A DNA stretch of 64,000 nucleotides from an uncultured Alphaproteobacteria bacterium (GCA_963777475.1 CAVZQX010000078.1:23006-87005); one strand, 5' to 3'; positions 29,335 to 40,154 are shown, counted from the stretch's first letter. Notes: generated by a model from the sequence alone, not told the origin. Program-made: numbers and translations.

Positions 29335-31150
29335 ATGAACGCAGGCGTCATCGAGTACTCGAGCGAAACTCTGCCTGTGCGCGGCAAGCCGTCGGCCGCC
29401 AAGGCATGGCTGAAAGCCATCGAGCTGACATCCCGGATCGAAGCCAGTCCGCGAAGCGTTGTTTGCCGACGTCGTGGAGGATTGGGCCAAGCGTCAGCCG
29501 GACCGTCCCGCGCTGATCTCGGATCGCGAGACCCTTACCTATCGCGCGCTCGCGGCGCGCATCAACCAATACGCCCGCTGGGCACTGGCCGCCGGAATCG
29601 AACCCGGCGATACGGTCTGCCTGTTGATGCCGAGCCGGCCGGAATATGTCGCGGCCTGGCTCGGCATCAGCCGGGTCGGCGGCGTGGTGGCGTTGATCAA
29701 TAGCAAATTGGTCGGGCCGTCGCTTTCGCATTGCGTCAATGTCGCCAAGGCCGATCATGCGATCGTCGCAAGCGAGCTTGCCGATATGTTCGACGCGGCC
29801 CGTCCGCATCTGGATCGCGTGCCGAAAATCTGGAGGCATGGCGAAAAAAGCGAAGCCGGCATCGAAGTGGTCCTGGACGCGATGGATGGCGGCCCGCTGT
29901 CGCCGGCCGAACGGCGCGAGGTCAAGATCGGCGACCGCGCGCTCCTGATCTACACCTCCGGCACCACGGGCCTGCCGAAGGCCGCGAGCATCAGCCATCG
30001 CCGCATCCTGAACTGGGGCGGCTGGTTCGCTGGCCTCTTGGACGCGTCTCCCGACGACCGGCTCTACGACTGTCTTCCGGTCTATCACTCCGTCGGCGGC
30101 ATCGTCGCGCCCTGCAGCATGCTGAGCGCGGGCGGCTCGGTGGTGCTGCCGGACAAATTCTCGGTGAGCGAGTTCTGGCGCGACATCGTCCGCTTCGATT
30201 GCACGCTGTTTCAATATATCGGCGAGCTTTGCCGCTATCTCTTGAAAGCGCCGCCATCCGAATTCGAGAGCCGGCACAGGCTTCGGCTCGCCTGTGGCAA
30301 CGGGTTGCGCGGCGATATCTGGGAAGCGTTTCAGGCCCGCTTTGCCATTCCGCGGATCCTCGAATTCTATGCGGCGACCGAAGGCAATTTCTCGCTGTTC
30401 AACGTCGAGGGCAAGGTCGGCGCGATCGGCCGGATTCCGCCGCTGCTCGCGCACCGCTTTCCGGCCGCGATCGTGCGGGTCGATGCCGAAGCCGGTATTC
30501 CCGTTCGCGACGAAGAAGGTCTCTGCGTCGCCTGCGCCCGCGGCGAAGTCGGCGAAGCGATCGGCCGTATCGGAACGGCGGATGAGGGCGGCGGCCGCTT
30601 CGAGGGCTATACCGACACCGCCGAGACCGAGAAGAAAATCCTGCGCGACGTGTTCGCCAAGGGCGATGCCTGGTTTCGCACCGGCGATCTGATGTTGCTC
30701 GACCAGCAGGGATTTTTTCATTTCATCGATCGCGTCGGCGATACCTTTCGCTGGAAGGGTGAGAATGTCGCAACCAGCGAGGTCAACGAAGCGATCCGGG
30801 ACTGCAAAGGTGTCCTCGACGCCACGACCTATGGCGTGACGGTCCCGGGTGCGGACGGCCGCGCCGGCATGGCGGCCATCGTGGCCGGAGACGGCTTCGC
30901 TTTCGAAGCGTTCGCCGAACACCTGTCGCAGCGCCTGCCAGTCTATGCAATTCCGCTTTTCCTGCGACTTAGCCAGACGCTCGATGCCACCGAAACCTTC
31001 AAGCAGAAAAAGCACGAGCTGGTCCGCGACGGCTTTGATCCGGACCGCGTGACCGACCCGCTATTCCTGAGAGATCCCGAGTCCGGCTTTTATCGCCCGC
31101 TCGATGCGCAGGTTTACGCGCGCATCGCGGATGGTTCGATCCGGCTATAG
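29335..31150 (+). pseudogene. Very-long-chain acyl-CoA synthetase / fatty-acid transport protein (FATP) family, one extra base near 29460
   Basis: MNAGVIEYSS...AAKAWLKAIELTSRIEASPRS (frame of ORF 29308) joins FADVVEDWAKRQPDRPALI (ORF 29459..31150). It has the IYTSGTTGLPKA AMP-binding motif. Confidence 0.8.
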
Positions 31151-31172
31151 GCTTTCAGGGGCCATGACCAGA

Positions 31173-33305
31173 TCAGCGGCCGGCCGCGGAAATCGCTGCG
31201 GCCACGCGCTTTGGCGTCATCGGCAGGCGCAAAATCCTGGCGCCGGTCGCGTCAAAGACCGCGTTGGCGATGACGGCGCCGGCGGTTGTGATCGCCGGTT
31301 CACCGCAGCCTTGCGGCGCGAGCTCGTTGTTCGTGACCAGCACGACCTCGATTCTAGGGACGGCACTGAAGCGGGGCAACTGATAGCTGTCGAAATTGCG
31401 GTCGAGAATCTCGCCGCCGTGGAAGCGCAATTCCTCGGTCAGGGCGTAGCCCAGGCCCATGGTCAGCCCACCCTCGATCTGCATCCGCGCGCCCTCGGGA
31501 TTGACGACAATTCCCATGTCCTGCGCGCACACCATTCTTTTGACCATTACCTTGCCGCTCGGCTTGTCGACATTTACCTCGGCAATCGTTGCCACCAGAC
31601 TTCCGGCATCGCTGCTTAGCGCAATGCCATGGCCTCTGCCGCTCGGTCCCGGCGCGCCTTGCCAGCCAAAGGCATCGGCGGCAGCCTGGAGCACTCTGCG
31701 CATCCGGGGATCGCCGATGTGGGTGAGGCGAAAGGCGAGGGGATCGGCGCCTGCAGCTGTCGCCATGATATCGATCTGGGACTCGGTGGCGAAAACGTTC
31801 ATGTTGGCGCCGGGCGCGCGCCAGGGCCCGACCGCGAACGGGTGCAAGTCCCTCACCGGCGATGGGCCGCCGTAGGCCATGCCGCCGGCCGATTGCACGC
31901 GCAAATTGGGTATGTCGTAGAAGGTCGTGGCGCCGCGCTCGCCGGCGGCGAACACCTGGTAATCCCAGCGCGAGATCTTGCCGTTGCCGTCCAGCGCCGA
32001 GCTTATTTTCACGACCGAGGCGGGATCGAAGGTGTCGAAGAAAAATTCTTCCGCGCGGGTCCGCATCACCTGCACCGGCTTGCCGCAGATTTGCGACAGC
32101 CGCGCGGCTTCGATGGCTTGACCGCCCGCGCTCTTGCCGCCAAAGCCGCCGCCCAGGAACGGGGTTATGACGCGCACGCGCTTGGGGTCGAGCTTGAGCG
32201 CGGCGGCGATGCCGTCGCGGGTGGGAAACGGCGTCTGCGTCGAGGCCCAAACCGTCGCGCCATCACGGCGGACATCGGCGACCGCGGCGTGCGGCTCGAT
32301 CGCGGCGTGGGCGACATAGCCTTTCTGAAAGATGGTCTCGAACACCCCTGCAACCGGCGCCTTCGACGGCTCGCCCTTGATGTCGCCCTTGGCGGCGATC
32401 TCGGTCGCAGTGCCGGCATGCGCGAGAAGGTGTTCGAAAATGCCATCCTGGTTCAGCGTCGCGTCGGGCAGCCGCCACTCGGCCTGGACCTCGGCAAGGG
32501 CTGCCGACGCGGCTTCAGGGTCCGCATGCAACACGGCAATCAGGTCATCACGCTTGACGACCGTCACGCCCGGCAATTTTTCCGCCGCGCTTGCGTCGGC
32601 CCCTGTCAAAACCGCGCCATGAACCGGCGGACGCAGAATGCGCGCGTAAAGCATATCCGGCAGGCGGATATCGGCGGCATATTTGGCTGCTCCGGTGACC
32701 TTCTCGACGCCGTCCAACCGTTTGGCCGAACGTCCCATCACGGTGAAGCTGGCGGCGGAACGCAACGCCGCCGCCTGTGTCACCGTCTCGGCGATCCGCA
32801 CGCCGTCGGACAATTCAGCGAAGCTCACGCGCCGTTCGGGCTCGCCCACGACCGATACCACGCCGCTCGCGATGGCCAGCCTGTCGGGAGCAACATTCAG
32901 CCTCGCAGCGGCGAGCGTCGTCAGGATGGTTCGCGCCTTTGCCGCCGCGGCGCGCAAGGCAGGCCCGAACATCCGCGTGGACAGGGAGCCAAAAGTCCCG
33001 GCATCCCAAGGGCACTTCTCGGTATCTCCGAGCACCATGTCGATGGACGAGAGATCCACGCCCAACTCTTCCGCGGCCATCTGTGCCAATGACGTCATGA
33101 CACCCTGGCCCATCTCGATCTTGCTCGAGAAGACGGTAACCCGGCCGTTCGCGCCGATTGCCAGATAGGCATGGAAGTCGTCGGGATAGCCCGGCCGTTC
33201 GGCTGCGGCCGACGGCGCGGAAGCACCAAGTCCGAACCAAACGATGATACCGCCGCCGATGCCCGCAACAAAGTCGCGCCGGCTGATTTCCGATGCAACG
33301 GTCAT
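31173..33305 (-). CDS. Molybdopterin-binding subunit of an aldehyde oxidase/xanthine dehydrogenase-family enzyme (IorB-like)
   Basis: 710-aa intact ORF with a twin-arginine signal (SRRDFVAGIGGG) and a conserved Mo-co domain pattern. Confidence 0.9.
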   Translation of the reverse strand: MTVASEISRRDFVAGIGGGIIVWFGLGASAPSAAAERPGYPDDFHAYLAIGANGRVTVFSSKIEMGQGVMTSLAQMAAEELGVDLSSIDMVLGDTEKCPWDAGTFGSLSTRMFGPALRAAAAKARTILTTLAAARLNVAPDRLAIASGVVSVVGEPERRVSFAELSDGVRIAETVTQAAALRSAASFTVMGRSAKRLDGVEKVTGAAKYAADIRLPDMLYARILRPPVHGAVLTGADASAAEKLPGVTVVKRDDLIAVLHADPEAASAALAEVQAEWRLPDATLNQDGIFEHLLAHAGTATEIAAKGDIKGEPSKAPVAGVFETIFQKGYVAHAAIEPHAAVADVRRDGATVWASTQTPFPTRDGIAAALKLDPKRVRVITPFLGGGFGGKSAGGQAIEAARLSQICGKPVQVMRTRAEEFFFDTFDPASVVKISSALDGNGKISRWDYQVFAAGERGATTFYDIPNLRVQSAGGMAYGGPSPVRDLHPFAVGPWRAPGANMNVFATESQIDIMATAAGADPLAFRLTHIGDPRMRRVLQAAADAFGWQGAPGPSGRGHGIALSSDAGSLVATIAEVNVDKPSGKVMVKRMVCAQDMGIVVNPEGARMQIEGGLTMGLGYALTEELRFHGGEILDRNFDSYQLPRFSAVPRIEVVLVTNNELAPQGCGEPAITTAGAVIANAVFDATGARILRLPMTPKRVAAAISAAGR

Positions 33306-33778
33306 CGTTCACCCCCGGCCGTTTCGGAAGCCTGCTCGATCGCATCGACGATGCGCTGATGGGCGCCGCAGCGGCAGAGATTGCGCTCCATCTGGCCGAC
33401 GATCTTGTCGCGCGACGGATGTGGATCGACCGCCAGCAGCGCATAGGCGTCCAGCAGCATGCCCGAGGTACAATAGCCGCACTGAAAGGCGCCGTGATCG
33501 ATGAAGGCCTGCTGCAGCGGATGCAACTGGCCTTCCTTGGCAAGTCCCTCGATGGTCAGCACCTCGGCGCCGGCGGCTTGTTTCAGCGGCGTGAGGCAGG
33601 AACGCTGCGGCTTGCCGTTGATGACGACGGTGCAGGCGCCGCAGATTCCCTCACCGCAGCCATATTTGGTCCCGGTCAATGCCAGATCGGTACGGAGCAC
33701 CCACAGCAGCATCCGCCCGTCATCGGTATTGAGGGTGACCGGGCTGCCGTTAAGGTTGAATTGCACGATGTTTTTCAT
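33302..33778 (-). CDS. (2Fe-2S)-binding small subunit (IorA-like)
   Basis: 158 aa with the GCGEGICGACTV and CGYCTSG cluster motifs. 4-nt overlap with the large subunit gene. Confidence 0.9.
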   Translation of the reverse strand: MKNIVQFNLNGSPVTLNTDDGRMLLWVLRTDLALTGTKYGCGEGICGACTVVINGKPQRSCLTPLKQAAGAEVLTIEGLAKEGQLHPLQQAFIDHGAFQCGYCTSGMLLDAYALLAVDPHPSRDKIVGQMERNLCRCGAHQRIVDAIEQASETAGGER

Positions 33779-34044
33779 CGAGAAAAGCTAGGCGATCGGC
33801 TGAAGCTCACCTTGATCTTGCGCAATTCCGGGCCGGAGCCACGAGGAAATTCATGTTTGCCGCATTCGCGATTCGACCGGCCTCAATCGCGGCTCGGGTC
33901 GACGCGATGTCGCCGAAACCTTGCGTGTTCCGGCAAGCTTTGTGTTTACCAACGAAGGCGAAAGATCGGGGCAAGGCCGGAGTTAGTTCACATTTCCGCC
34001 CTATGATCGCGCTCCGGCAAATTAGCGAAAAGGCGAGCCAATCC

Positions 34045-34290
34045 ATGTCGGTAAGGTTAAGGATTATTTCGGCGATGCGGCAGATTGCCGAAGAGCAGCA
34101 GGTGACGTTGCCGCCGCTCGATGACGAGCTTTCCCTCCACGAAACCGGTTTCGATTCGCTGGCGTTTGCGATCCTGGTCGCGCGCCTGGAAGACGACCTC
34201 GGCATCGATCCGTTTACCATCTCGGAAGACGCGGCATTTCCCCTCACGGTCGGTGATTTCGTCCGGGCCTACGAAAATGTCCCCGCGTGA
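34045..34290 (+). CDS. Acyl carrier protein (phosphopantetheine-binding)
   Basis: 81 aa from MSVRLRII. It has the GFDSLAF serine attachment motif in a four-helix-sized protein. 14-nt overlap with the next gene. Confidence 0.8.
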   Translation: MSVRLRIISAMRQIAEEQQVTLPPLDDELSLHETGFDSLAFAILVARLEDDLGIDPFTISEDAAFPLTVGDFVRAYENVPA

Positions 34291-35662
34291 GATTTTTGCG
34301 CTCCGCGACCATCTCAGTCCGGAGTTGAAGGGCCGCACCATCTCCGACGCGCGGCGCGCCGTGTCGCTGACGGATATTCTCCAGCAGACCTGCCTGGTCG
34401 ACCGCTTTCGCGAACTTTCCGGACGCTCGGTGCTGCTGGCGGTTTCCGATCAACTGATTTCAGGCATCGCCATGACGGAAATCGACGGCGTGGCCCGGCG
34501 AATGCTGCTGTGTCCGCCGGATCTCAATTCCGATCATGTTCATGCCCTGATCGAAGAAGCCGGAATTGATGCCATCGTGACCGACCAGCCGCCACGCTGG
34601 GCGGATGTGGGTGTGTATCTGGTGGTGGCGGCTCGCCCTCCGGTGCCGACTGCTGCAAAGCCAAGAACCGAGCGCGCGACCGAATGGCTGATGCTGACAT
34701 CGGGCACCTCGGGCGTGCCGAAGATCGTCCGTCACACGCTGGAGGGACTCTGCGGCGCGATCGTCGCCGACGGTCCGGCGCGCGGGGCTGCGCCGGTATG
34801 GGCGACGTTCTACGACATCCGCCGCTATGGCGGGCTTCAGATCTTCCTGCGCGCCGTCATCGGTGGCGGGTCGATGGTGCTGTCCGAACCCGGCGAGGCG
34901 CTCGCCGATCATGTGGAGCGGCTTCAGGCGCGCGGCGTCACGCATATTTCGGGGACGCCGTCGCATTGGCGCAAGCTCTTGATGAGCGGAGCGGCCGCGG
35001 GCTTCGCGCCGCGTTACGTTCGGCTGTCGGGCGAGATCGCCGACCAGGCGGTGCTCGACGGGCTGGCGAAGGCCTTTCCGCACGCTTCGATCGGCCATGC
35101 CTATGCCTCGACCGAGGCTGGCGTCGGCTTCGCGGTGAACGACGGTCTTGAAGGTTTTCCCGCCGAGATGATCGGCAAAAGCCGCGACGGCGTCGAGATG
35201 AAGATCGAGGACGGCTCGCTCCGCATCCGCTCCAAGCGCGCCGCGCACGCCTATGTCGGCAAGAACGCTTCGGCGCTCACCGACAAGGACGGCTTTGTCG
35301 ATACCGGCGACATGGTGGAGTTGCGCGGCGATCGCTATCACTTCGTCGGCCGCCGCGGCGGCATCATCAATATCGGCGGCTTGAAGGTTCACCCGGAAGA
35401 GATCGAAGCCGTCATCAACCGGCACGGCCAAGTGCGGATGTCGCGCGCGCGATCCCGCCGCAGCCCGATCACCGGTTCGATCGTGGTCGCCGACGTCGTT
35501 CTCGCCGATCCATGCGACAAGGGCCGCAGTGACGACATCCGCAACCAGATCCTGGCCGATTGCCGCGCCTCGCTGGCTTCGCACAAGGTGCCGGCCGTGA
35601 TCCGCTTTGTCGAGGCGCTGGACGTGACGCCGGCCGGCAAACTGGCGAGATCCGATGCGTAA
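34277..35662 (+). CDS. ANL-superfamily adenylate-forming ligase (acyl-CoA/acyl-ACP synthetase-like)
   Basis: 461 aa from MSPREIF, with LTSGTSGVPK, YASTEAG, DTGD, GRRGGIINIGGLKV and TPAGKL core motifs. Confidence 0.85.
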   Translation: MSPREIFALRDHLSPELKGRTISDARRAVSLTDILQQTCLVDRFRELSGRSVLLAVSDQLISGIAMTEIDGVARRMLLCPPDLNSDHVHALIEEAGIDAIVTDQPPRWADVGVYLVVAARPPVPTAAKPRTERATEWLMLTSGTSGVPKIVRHTLEGLCGAIVADGPARGAAPVWATFYDIRRYGGLQIFLRAVIGGGSMVLSEPGEALADHVERLQARGVTHISGTPSHWRKLLMSGAAAGFAPRYVRLSGEIADQAVLDGLAKAFPHASIGHAYASTEAGVGFAVNDGLEGFPAEMIGKSRDGVEMKIEDGSLRIRSKRAAHAYVGKNASALTDKDGFVDTGDMVELRGDRYHFVGRRGGIINIGGLKVHPEEIEAVINRHGQVRMSRARSRRSPITGSIVVADVVLADPCDKGRSDDIRNQILADCRASLASHKVPAVIRFVEALDVTPAGKLARSDA

Positions 35663-36386
35663 CGTTGTCGTCACCGGCGCCAGCCGCGGCATCGGGCTTG
35701 CGATCGCGCGAACGCTCGCCGCCGCCAGCTACAACGTCATTGGCGTGGCGCGGCGCGAGAGCGACGAGTTCAAGAATGCCATCCGCGAACTCGGGGACAG
35801 CGGAGGCGGACTTCATTTCGAAGCATTCGACCTCAGCGAGATCGATGCGATCCCAGCCTTCGTCAAGATGTTGCGCGAGAAATTCGGTGCCATCTATGGC
35901 CTCGTCAACAATGCCGGGGTCGGCACCGAGGGCCTGCTCGCCACCATGCATAATTCCGAGATCGAGGCGCTGGTCCGCCTCAACGTGCTGTCACCGGTCA
36001 TTCTGACCAAATATGTCGTGCGCCACATGATGGCCGACGGTGAGGGACGGATCGTCAACATGTCCTCGATCATCGCCTCGACCGGCTATAACGGCCTGTC
36101 GGTCTACGGCGCCACCAAGGCCGCCGCGACCGGATTTACCCGCTCGCTGGCGCGCGAGGTCGGCAAGCTCGGGATCACCGTGAATGCGATCGCGCCCGGG
36201 TTCATCGCGACCGAATTGACGCAAAGCCTGTCGGACGAGGCGCGGGCGCGCATCGCCGGCCGCAGCGCGTTGCGCCGGCTGCCCGAGGCCAGCGACGTCG
36301 CGCGCATGGTGGAATATCTGCTCGGCGACGGCGGCCGCAATATCACCGGCAGCGTGCTGACGATCGACGCCGGCAATACGGCGTGA
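35655..36386 (+). CDS. SDR family oxidoreductase (FabG-like)
   Basis: 243 aa with TGASRGIG, NNAG and YGATK motifs. 8-nt overlap (ATGCGTAA) with the ligase gene. Confidence 0.9.
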   Translation: MRNVVVTGASRGIGLAIARTLAAASYNVIGVARRESDEFKNAIRELGDSGGGLHFEAFDLSEIDAIPAFVKMLREKFGAIYGLVNNAGVGTEGLLATMHNSEIEALVRLNVLSPVILTKYVVRHMMADGEGRIVNMSSIIASTGYNGLSVYGATKAAATGFTRSLAREVGKLGITVNAIAPGFIATELTQSLSDEARARIAGRSALRRLPEASDVARMVEYLLGDGGRNITGSVLTIDAGNTA

Positions 36387-36509
36387 TTCGGCCTTGCATT
36401 TGCGTCCCGTTCGCAGCGCTGCGAATCATGTTCCATTGATTTCCCTCAAGCGCCCCGACTGCGTTTTCGGCGAAGCTTGTGATTATCGGCTTCGTTGCGG
36501 GCTAGATCG

Positions 36510-38807
36510 ATGTTGTTTGAGCGCGTCCTGCGATGGACACTTGTCTCGATCGCAGTGTTGGGGCTGGTCGCGGGCGGTATCGCCTATGCCGACGGCCGGC
36601 CTGATATCGCCAATCTCGGTTTTACGTTCGCAACCATCCCGGTCGTCGCGGGCCTAGCGGTCTCGATCGTCCGGGACCTGCTGGTCGGCCGCCTGGGGGT
36701 CGATGCGATCGCGCTGGTGTCGATGAGCGCGGCGGTGGCGCTCGGTCAGCCGCTCGCCGGCGCCGTGGTGGCGCTGATGTATTCCGGCGGCAACGTGCTC
36801 GAGGATATTGCGGTGGCCCGCGCCGAGCATGATCTGCGCTCGCTGGTCGACCGCGCGCCGCGCGAGGCCCATCGCCTGACCTGCGACCATGTCGAGGACA
36901 TTCCGATCGCGGCGGCGAACGTCGGCGACCGGCTCATGGTGCGCGCGGGCGAAATCGTCCCCGTCGATGGTGTCGTCGCGTCGGTGGCGGCGACCGTCGA
37001 TGAGTTGGCGCTTACGGGGGAGCCGATCCCGGTGGTCAAGACGCGCGGCGGCGCCATTCTCTCAGGCTCCTTGAACGCCGGCGAAGCCTTCGAGCTGACG
37101 GTGACCGCGGCCGCCGGCGAAAGCACCTATGCCGGCATCGTCAAGCTGGTGACTGCGGCGCAGACCGCCAAAGCGCCGTTCGTTCGGCTCGCGGACCGCT
37201 ATGCGCTGATCTTCCTGCCCGTGACGCTGGCGATTGCGCTGATCGCCTGGCTGATCTCGGGCGACCTGATCCGCAGCCTCGCGGTGCTGGTCGCGGCGAC
37301 GCCATGCCCGCTGATCCTGGCGGCGCCCGTCGCCTTCATCGCCGGCGTCGCGCAAGCGGCCAGGCGCGGCATCCTGGTCAAGGGCGGCGGACCATTGGAG
37401 GCGCTGGCGCGCGCGCATACCGTACTGTTCGACAAGACCGGGACGCTGACGGTCGGCGGCGCGCGGCTATTGTCCGTCGAAGTCGCGCCTGGCGCGAGCG
37501 TCGACGAGGTCTTGATGCTCGGCGCTTCGCTGGAGCAGGCGTCGCATCACGTGCTCGCCAATGCCATCGTCCAGGCTGCAATCGAGCGCGGCCTCAAGCT
37601 GAAAGTGCCTGAGCAGATCCGGGAAGCCATGGGCTCCGGGCTAAAGGGGGTGATCGACGGACGCCGTGTCAGCGCCGGCTCGCGCGACATGGTGCTTGCC
37701 GCCGGCGAGATTGCGCCCTGGGCCTTGCGCGCGATCCGGCGCGCCTCCTGGCGGTCGGCGCTGATCGTGTTCGTCGCGGTCGAGGGGCAGCCGATCGGCG
37801 CCTTGCTGCTCGCGGACGAACTCCGTTCCGACACGCCGCGGGCGATCCGCCTGATGCGCGACGCCGGCATTGCCCGCATGGTGATGGTGACCGGCGACCG
37901 TGCTGGAGCGGCGCAGGCGATCGGCGCCGCGCTCGATCTCGACGCCGTGTTGTCCGACCGCGTTCCCTCCGACAAGGTCGATGCGGTACGTGCCGAGCAG
38001 CGGTTGCATCCGACCATCATGGTCGGCGACGGCATCAACGATGCGCCGGCGCTGGCCTCCGCCGATGTCGGGATCGCGCTCGGCGCGCGCGGCGCCAGCG
38101 CCTCGTCGGAAGCCGCTGACGTGGTGATCCTCGCCGACCGGCTCGATCGGGTGGGGGAAGCGATCGCGATCGCGCAGCGGGCGCGGCGGATCGCGGTCGA
38201 AAGCATCGTCGCGGGGATGGGCCTTTCGCTTCTCGCCATGGCGGCGGCGACCTTGGGCTGGCTCAAGCCGGTGCCGGCCGCGATCGTGCAGGAGGTGATC
38301 GACGTCGCCGTGATCCTCAATGCGCTGCGCGCGCTGACGCCCGGCTATGGCCACACGGGGCGGCACCTCACCGCGGAGGTCGGGCGGGAGCTGCATCGCA
38401 ACCATCTGGTGCTGATCAAGAACCTCGACCGGCTGCGGTCGATCGTCGATGCGCTTGACGACGCTCAGCCCGCGAATGCCGCAGCCCTGATCACGGAAGC
38501 CAACGCGGTCGTGCAGCAACAGGTCGTCGTGCATGAACGCGACGATGAGGGCTCGATCTATCCGCGGCTGGCCAAGGTGCTGCGGGAGAATCACGGCCTT
38601 TCCGCGATGAGCCGGGCGCATCGCGAGATCCTGCATCTGGCAAGGCTGCTCTCGCGCGTCGCCGAAGACCTGCCGTTGGAGAAGGTTGACCGCTATCTCA
38701 TTCGCGACGCCCAGCGGGTGATCGAGGCGATCGAGACCCTGGTGCGGATGCACACGGCGCAGGAGGAAGACATTTATGAGGCGGTTGGGGCGAAAACCGC
38801 GGCGTAG
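36510..38807 (+). CDS. P1B-type heavy-metal ATPase lacking an N-terminal metal-binding domain, with a C-terminal hemerythrin-like domain (P1B-5-like)
   Basis: TGEP, TPCP (ATPCPLILAAP), DKTGTLT, TGD and GDGINDAP motifs. A ~150-aa C-terminal extension has His/Glu/Asp spacing HRNH, HERDDE, HREILH and HTAQEED. An alternative TTG start lies at 36495. Confidence 0.85.
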   Translation: MLFERVLRWTLVSIAVLGLVAGGIAYADGRPDIANLGFTFATIPVVAGLAVSIVRDLLVGRLGVDAIALVSMSAAVALGQPLAGAVVALMYSGGNVLEDIAVARAEHDLRSLVDRAPREAHRLTCDHVEDIPIAAANVGDRLMVRAGEIVPVDGVVASVAATVDELALTGEPIPVVKTRGGAILSGSLNAGEAFELTVTAAAGESTYAGIVKLVTAAQTAKAPFVRLADRYALIFLPVTLAIALIAWLISGDLIRSLAVLVAATPCPLILAAPVAFIAGVAQAARRGILVKGGGPLEALARAHTVLFDKTGTLTVGGARLLSVEVAPGASVDEVLMLGASLEQASHHVLANAIVQAAIERGLKLKVPEQIREAMGSGLKGVIDGRRVSAGSRDMVLAAGEIAPWALRAIRRASWRSALIVFVAVEGQPIGALLLADELRSDTPRAIRLMRDAGIARMVMVTGDRAGAAQAIGAALDLDAVLSDRVPSDKVDAVRAEQRLHPTIMVGDGINDAPALASADVGIALGARGASASSEAADVVILADRLDRVGEAIAIAQRARRIAVESIVAGMGLSLLAMAAATLGWLKPVPAAIVQEVIDVAVILNALRALTPGYGHTGRHLTAEVGRELHRNHLVLIKNLDRLRSIVDALDDAQPANAAALITEANAVVQQQVVVHERDDEGSIYPRLAKVLRENHGLSAMSRAHREILHLARLLSRVAEDLPLEKVDRYLIRDAQRVIEAIETLVRMHTAQEEDIYEAVGAKTAA

Positions 38808-38924
38808 CGCGGTTTCCAACCGGCGCCGCGCCGGTTCTTGCCTGATCTGGATCAAAATATTGGCTCAAAATGTCGGTTTTAGTCCATGGTGGATCGCAAG
38901 CCGGCACCGAAGGAACCAAGCATC

Positions 38925-40154
38925 ATGGACTACAACGTGTTTTTCGACCGGGCCTTGAACCAGCTTCGGGATGAGCGCCGCTACCGCGTCTTCGCCGACC
39001 TGGAACGGCTGGCCGGGCGGTTTCCGCACGCGATCTGGCATTCGCCTGATGGTCCGCGCGACGTGGTGATCTGGTGCTCGAACGACTACCTCGGCATGGC
39101 CCAGCATCCGAAGGTGGTGGGGGCGATGGTCGATGCCGCAACCCGGATGGGCACCGGCGCCGGCGGAACGCGCAACATTGCCGGCACCAATCATCCTCTG
39201 ACCCTGCTCGAGCGCGAACTCGCCGAGCTGCACGGCAAGCAAGCAGCCCTGGTCTTCACCTCGGGCTATGTCTCCAACGAGACCGGCATCTCCACCATCG
39301 CAAAACTGTTGCCGGACTGCCTTCTGCTGTCGGATGCGCTCAATCACAACTCGATGATCGAGGGCGTGCGCAAGGCCGGCACCGAAAAGCAGATCTGGCG
39401 CCACAACGACACCGACCATCTCGAGCAATTATTGCGCGCGGCGGGTCCCGAGCGGCCGAAGCTGATCCTGTGCGAAAGCCTCTATTCCATGGACGGCGAC
39501 GTCGCGCCGCTGCATCGCATCTGCGATCTCGCCGAACGCTATGGCGCGCTGACCTATGTCGACGAGGTTCATGCGGTCGGCATGTACGGGCCGCATGGCG
39601 GCGGCATTGCCGAGCGCGACGGCGCAATGGGGCGGATCGATATTCTCGAAGGCACGCTGGCGAAAGCCTTCGGCTGCCTCGGCGGCTATATCGCCGCCAA
39701 TGCCAATCTGGTCGACGCGGTGCGCTCCTACGCGCCCGGCTTCATCTTCACGACCGCGCTGCCGCCGGCGATCTGCGCCGCGGCGACCGCGGCGATCCGG
39801 CATCTGAAGACCTCGCAATGGGAGCGCGATCGCCACCAGGACCGCGCCGCGCGGCTCAAATCGGTGCTGCACGCCGCGCGCCTGCCGGTGATGCCGAGCG
39901 AGACCCACATCGTTCCGGTGCATGTCGGCGACCCCGAGAAGTGCAAGATGGCATCCGATCTGTTGCTGTCGGATCACGGCGTCTACATCCAGCCGATCAA
40001 CTATCCGACGGTGCCGCGAGGGATGGAACGGCTGCGGATCACGCCGTCGCCGTATCACGACGACGGGCTGATCGATCACCTCGCCGAGGCCTTGGTCGAT
40101 GTCTGGGACCAGCTCAAGCTGCCGCGGCAATCGCAAATGCGCGCCGCAGAATAG
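38925..40154 (+). CDS. hemA: 5-aminolevulinate synthase
   Basis: 409 aa from [28 protein letters not shown]. It matches ALAS along its full length, including [15 protein letters not shown] and TLAKAFG (PLP lysine). Confidence 0.95.
   Translation: MDYNVFFDRALNQLRDERRYRVFADLERLAGRFPHAIWHSPDGPRDVVIWCSNDYLGMAQHPKVVGAMVDAATRMGTGAGGTRNIAGTNHPLTLLERELAELHGKQAALVFTSGYVSNETGISTIAKLLPDCLLLSDALNHNSMIEGVRKAGTEKQIWRHNDTDHLEQLLRAAGPERPKLILCESLYSMDGDVAPLHRICDLAERYGALTYVDEVHAVGMYGPHGGGIAERDGAMGRIDILEGTLAKAFGCLGGYIAANANLVDAVRSYAPGFIFTTALPPAICAAATAAIRHLKTSQWERDRHQDRAARLKSVLHAARLPVMPSETHIVPVHVGDPEKCKMASDLLLSDHGVYIQPINYPTVPRGMERLRITPSPYHDDGLIDHLAEALVDVWDQLKLPRQSQMRAAE

Noticed and set aside
38925-40154. hemA as the alpha-oxoamine synthase partner of the ACP-ligase-SDR cassette (sphingolipid-like cluster)
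   Set aside because: - The protein matches 5-aminolevulinate synthase as I recall it along its whole length.
- It is separated from the cassette by the ATPase gene, so it is not a serine palmitoyltransferase.
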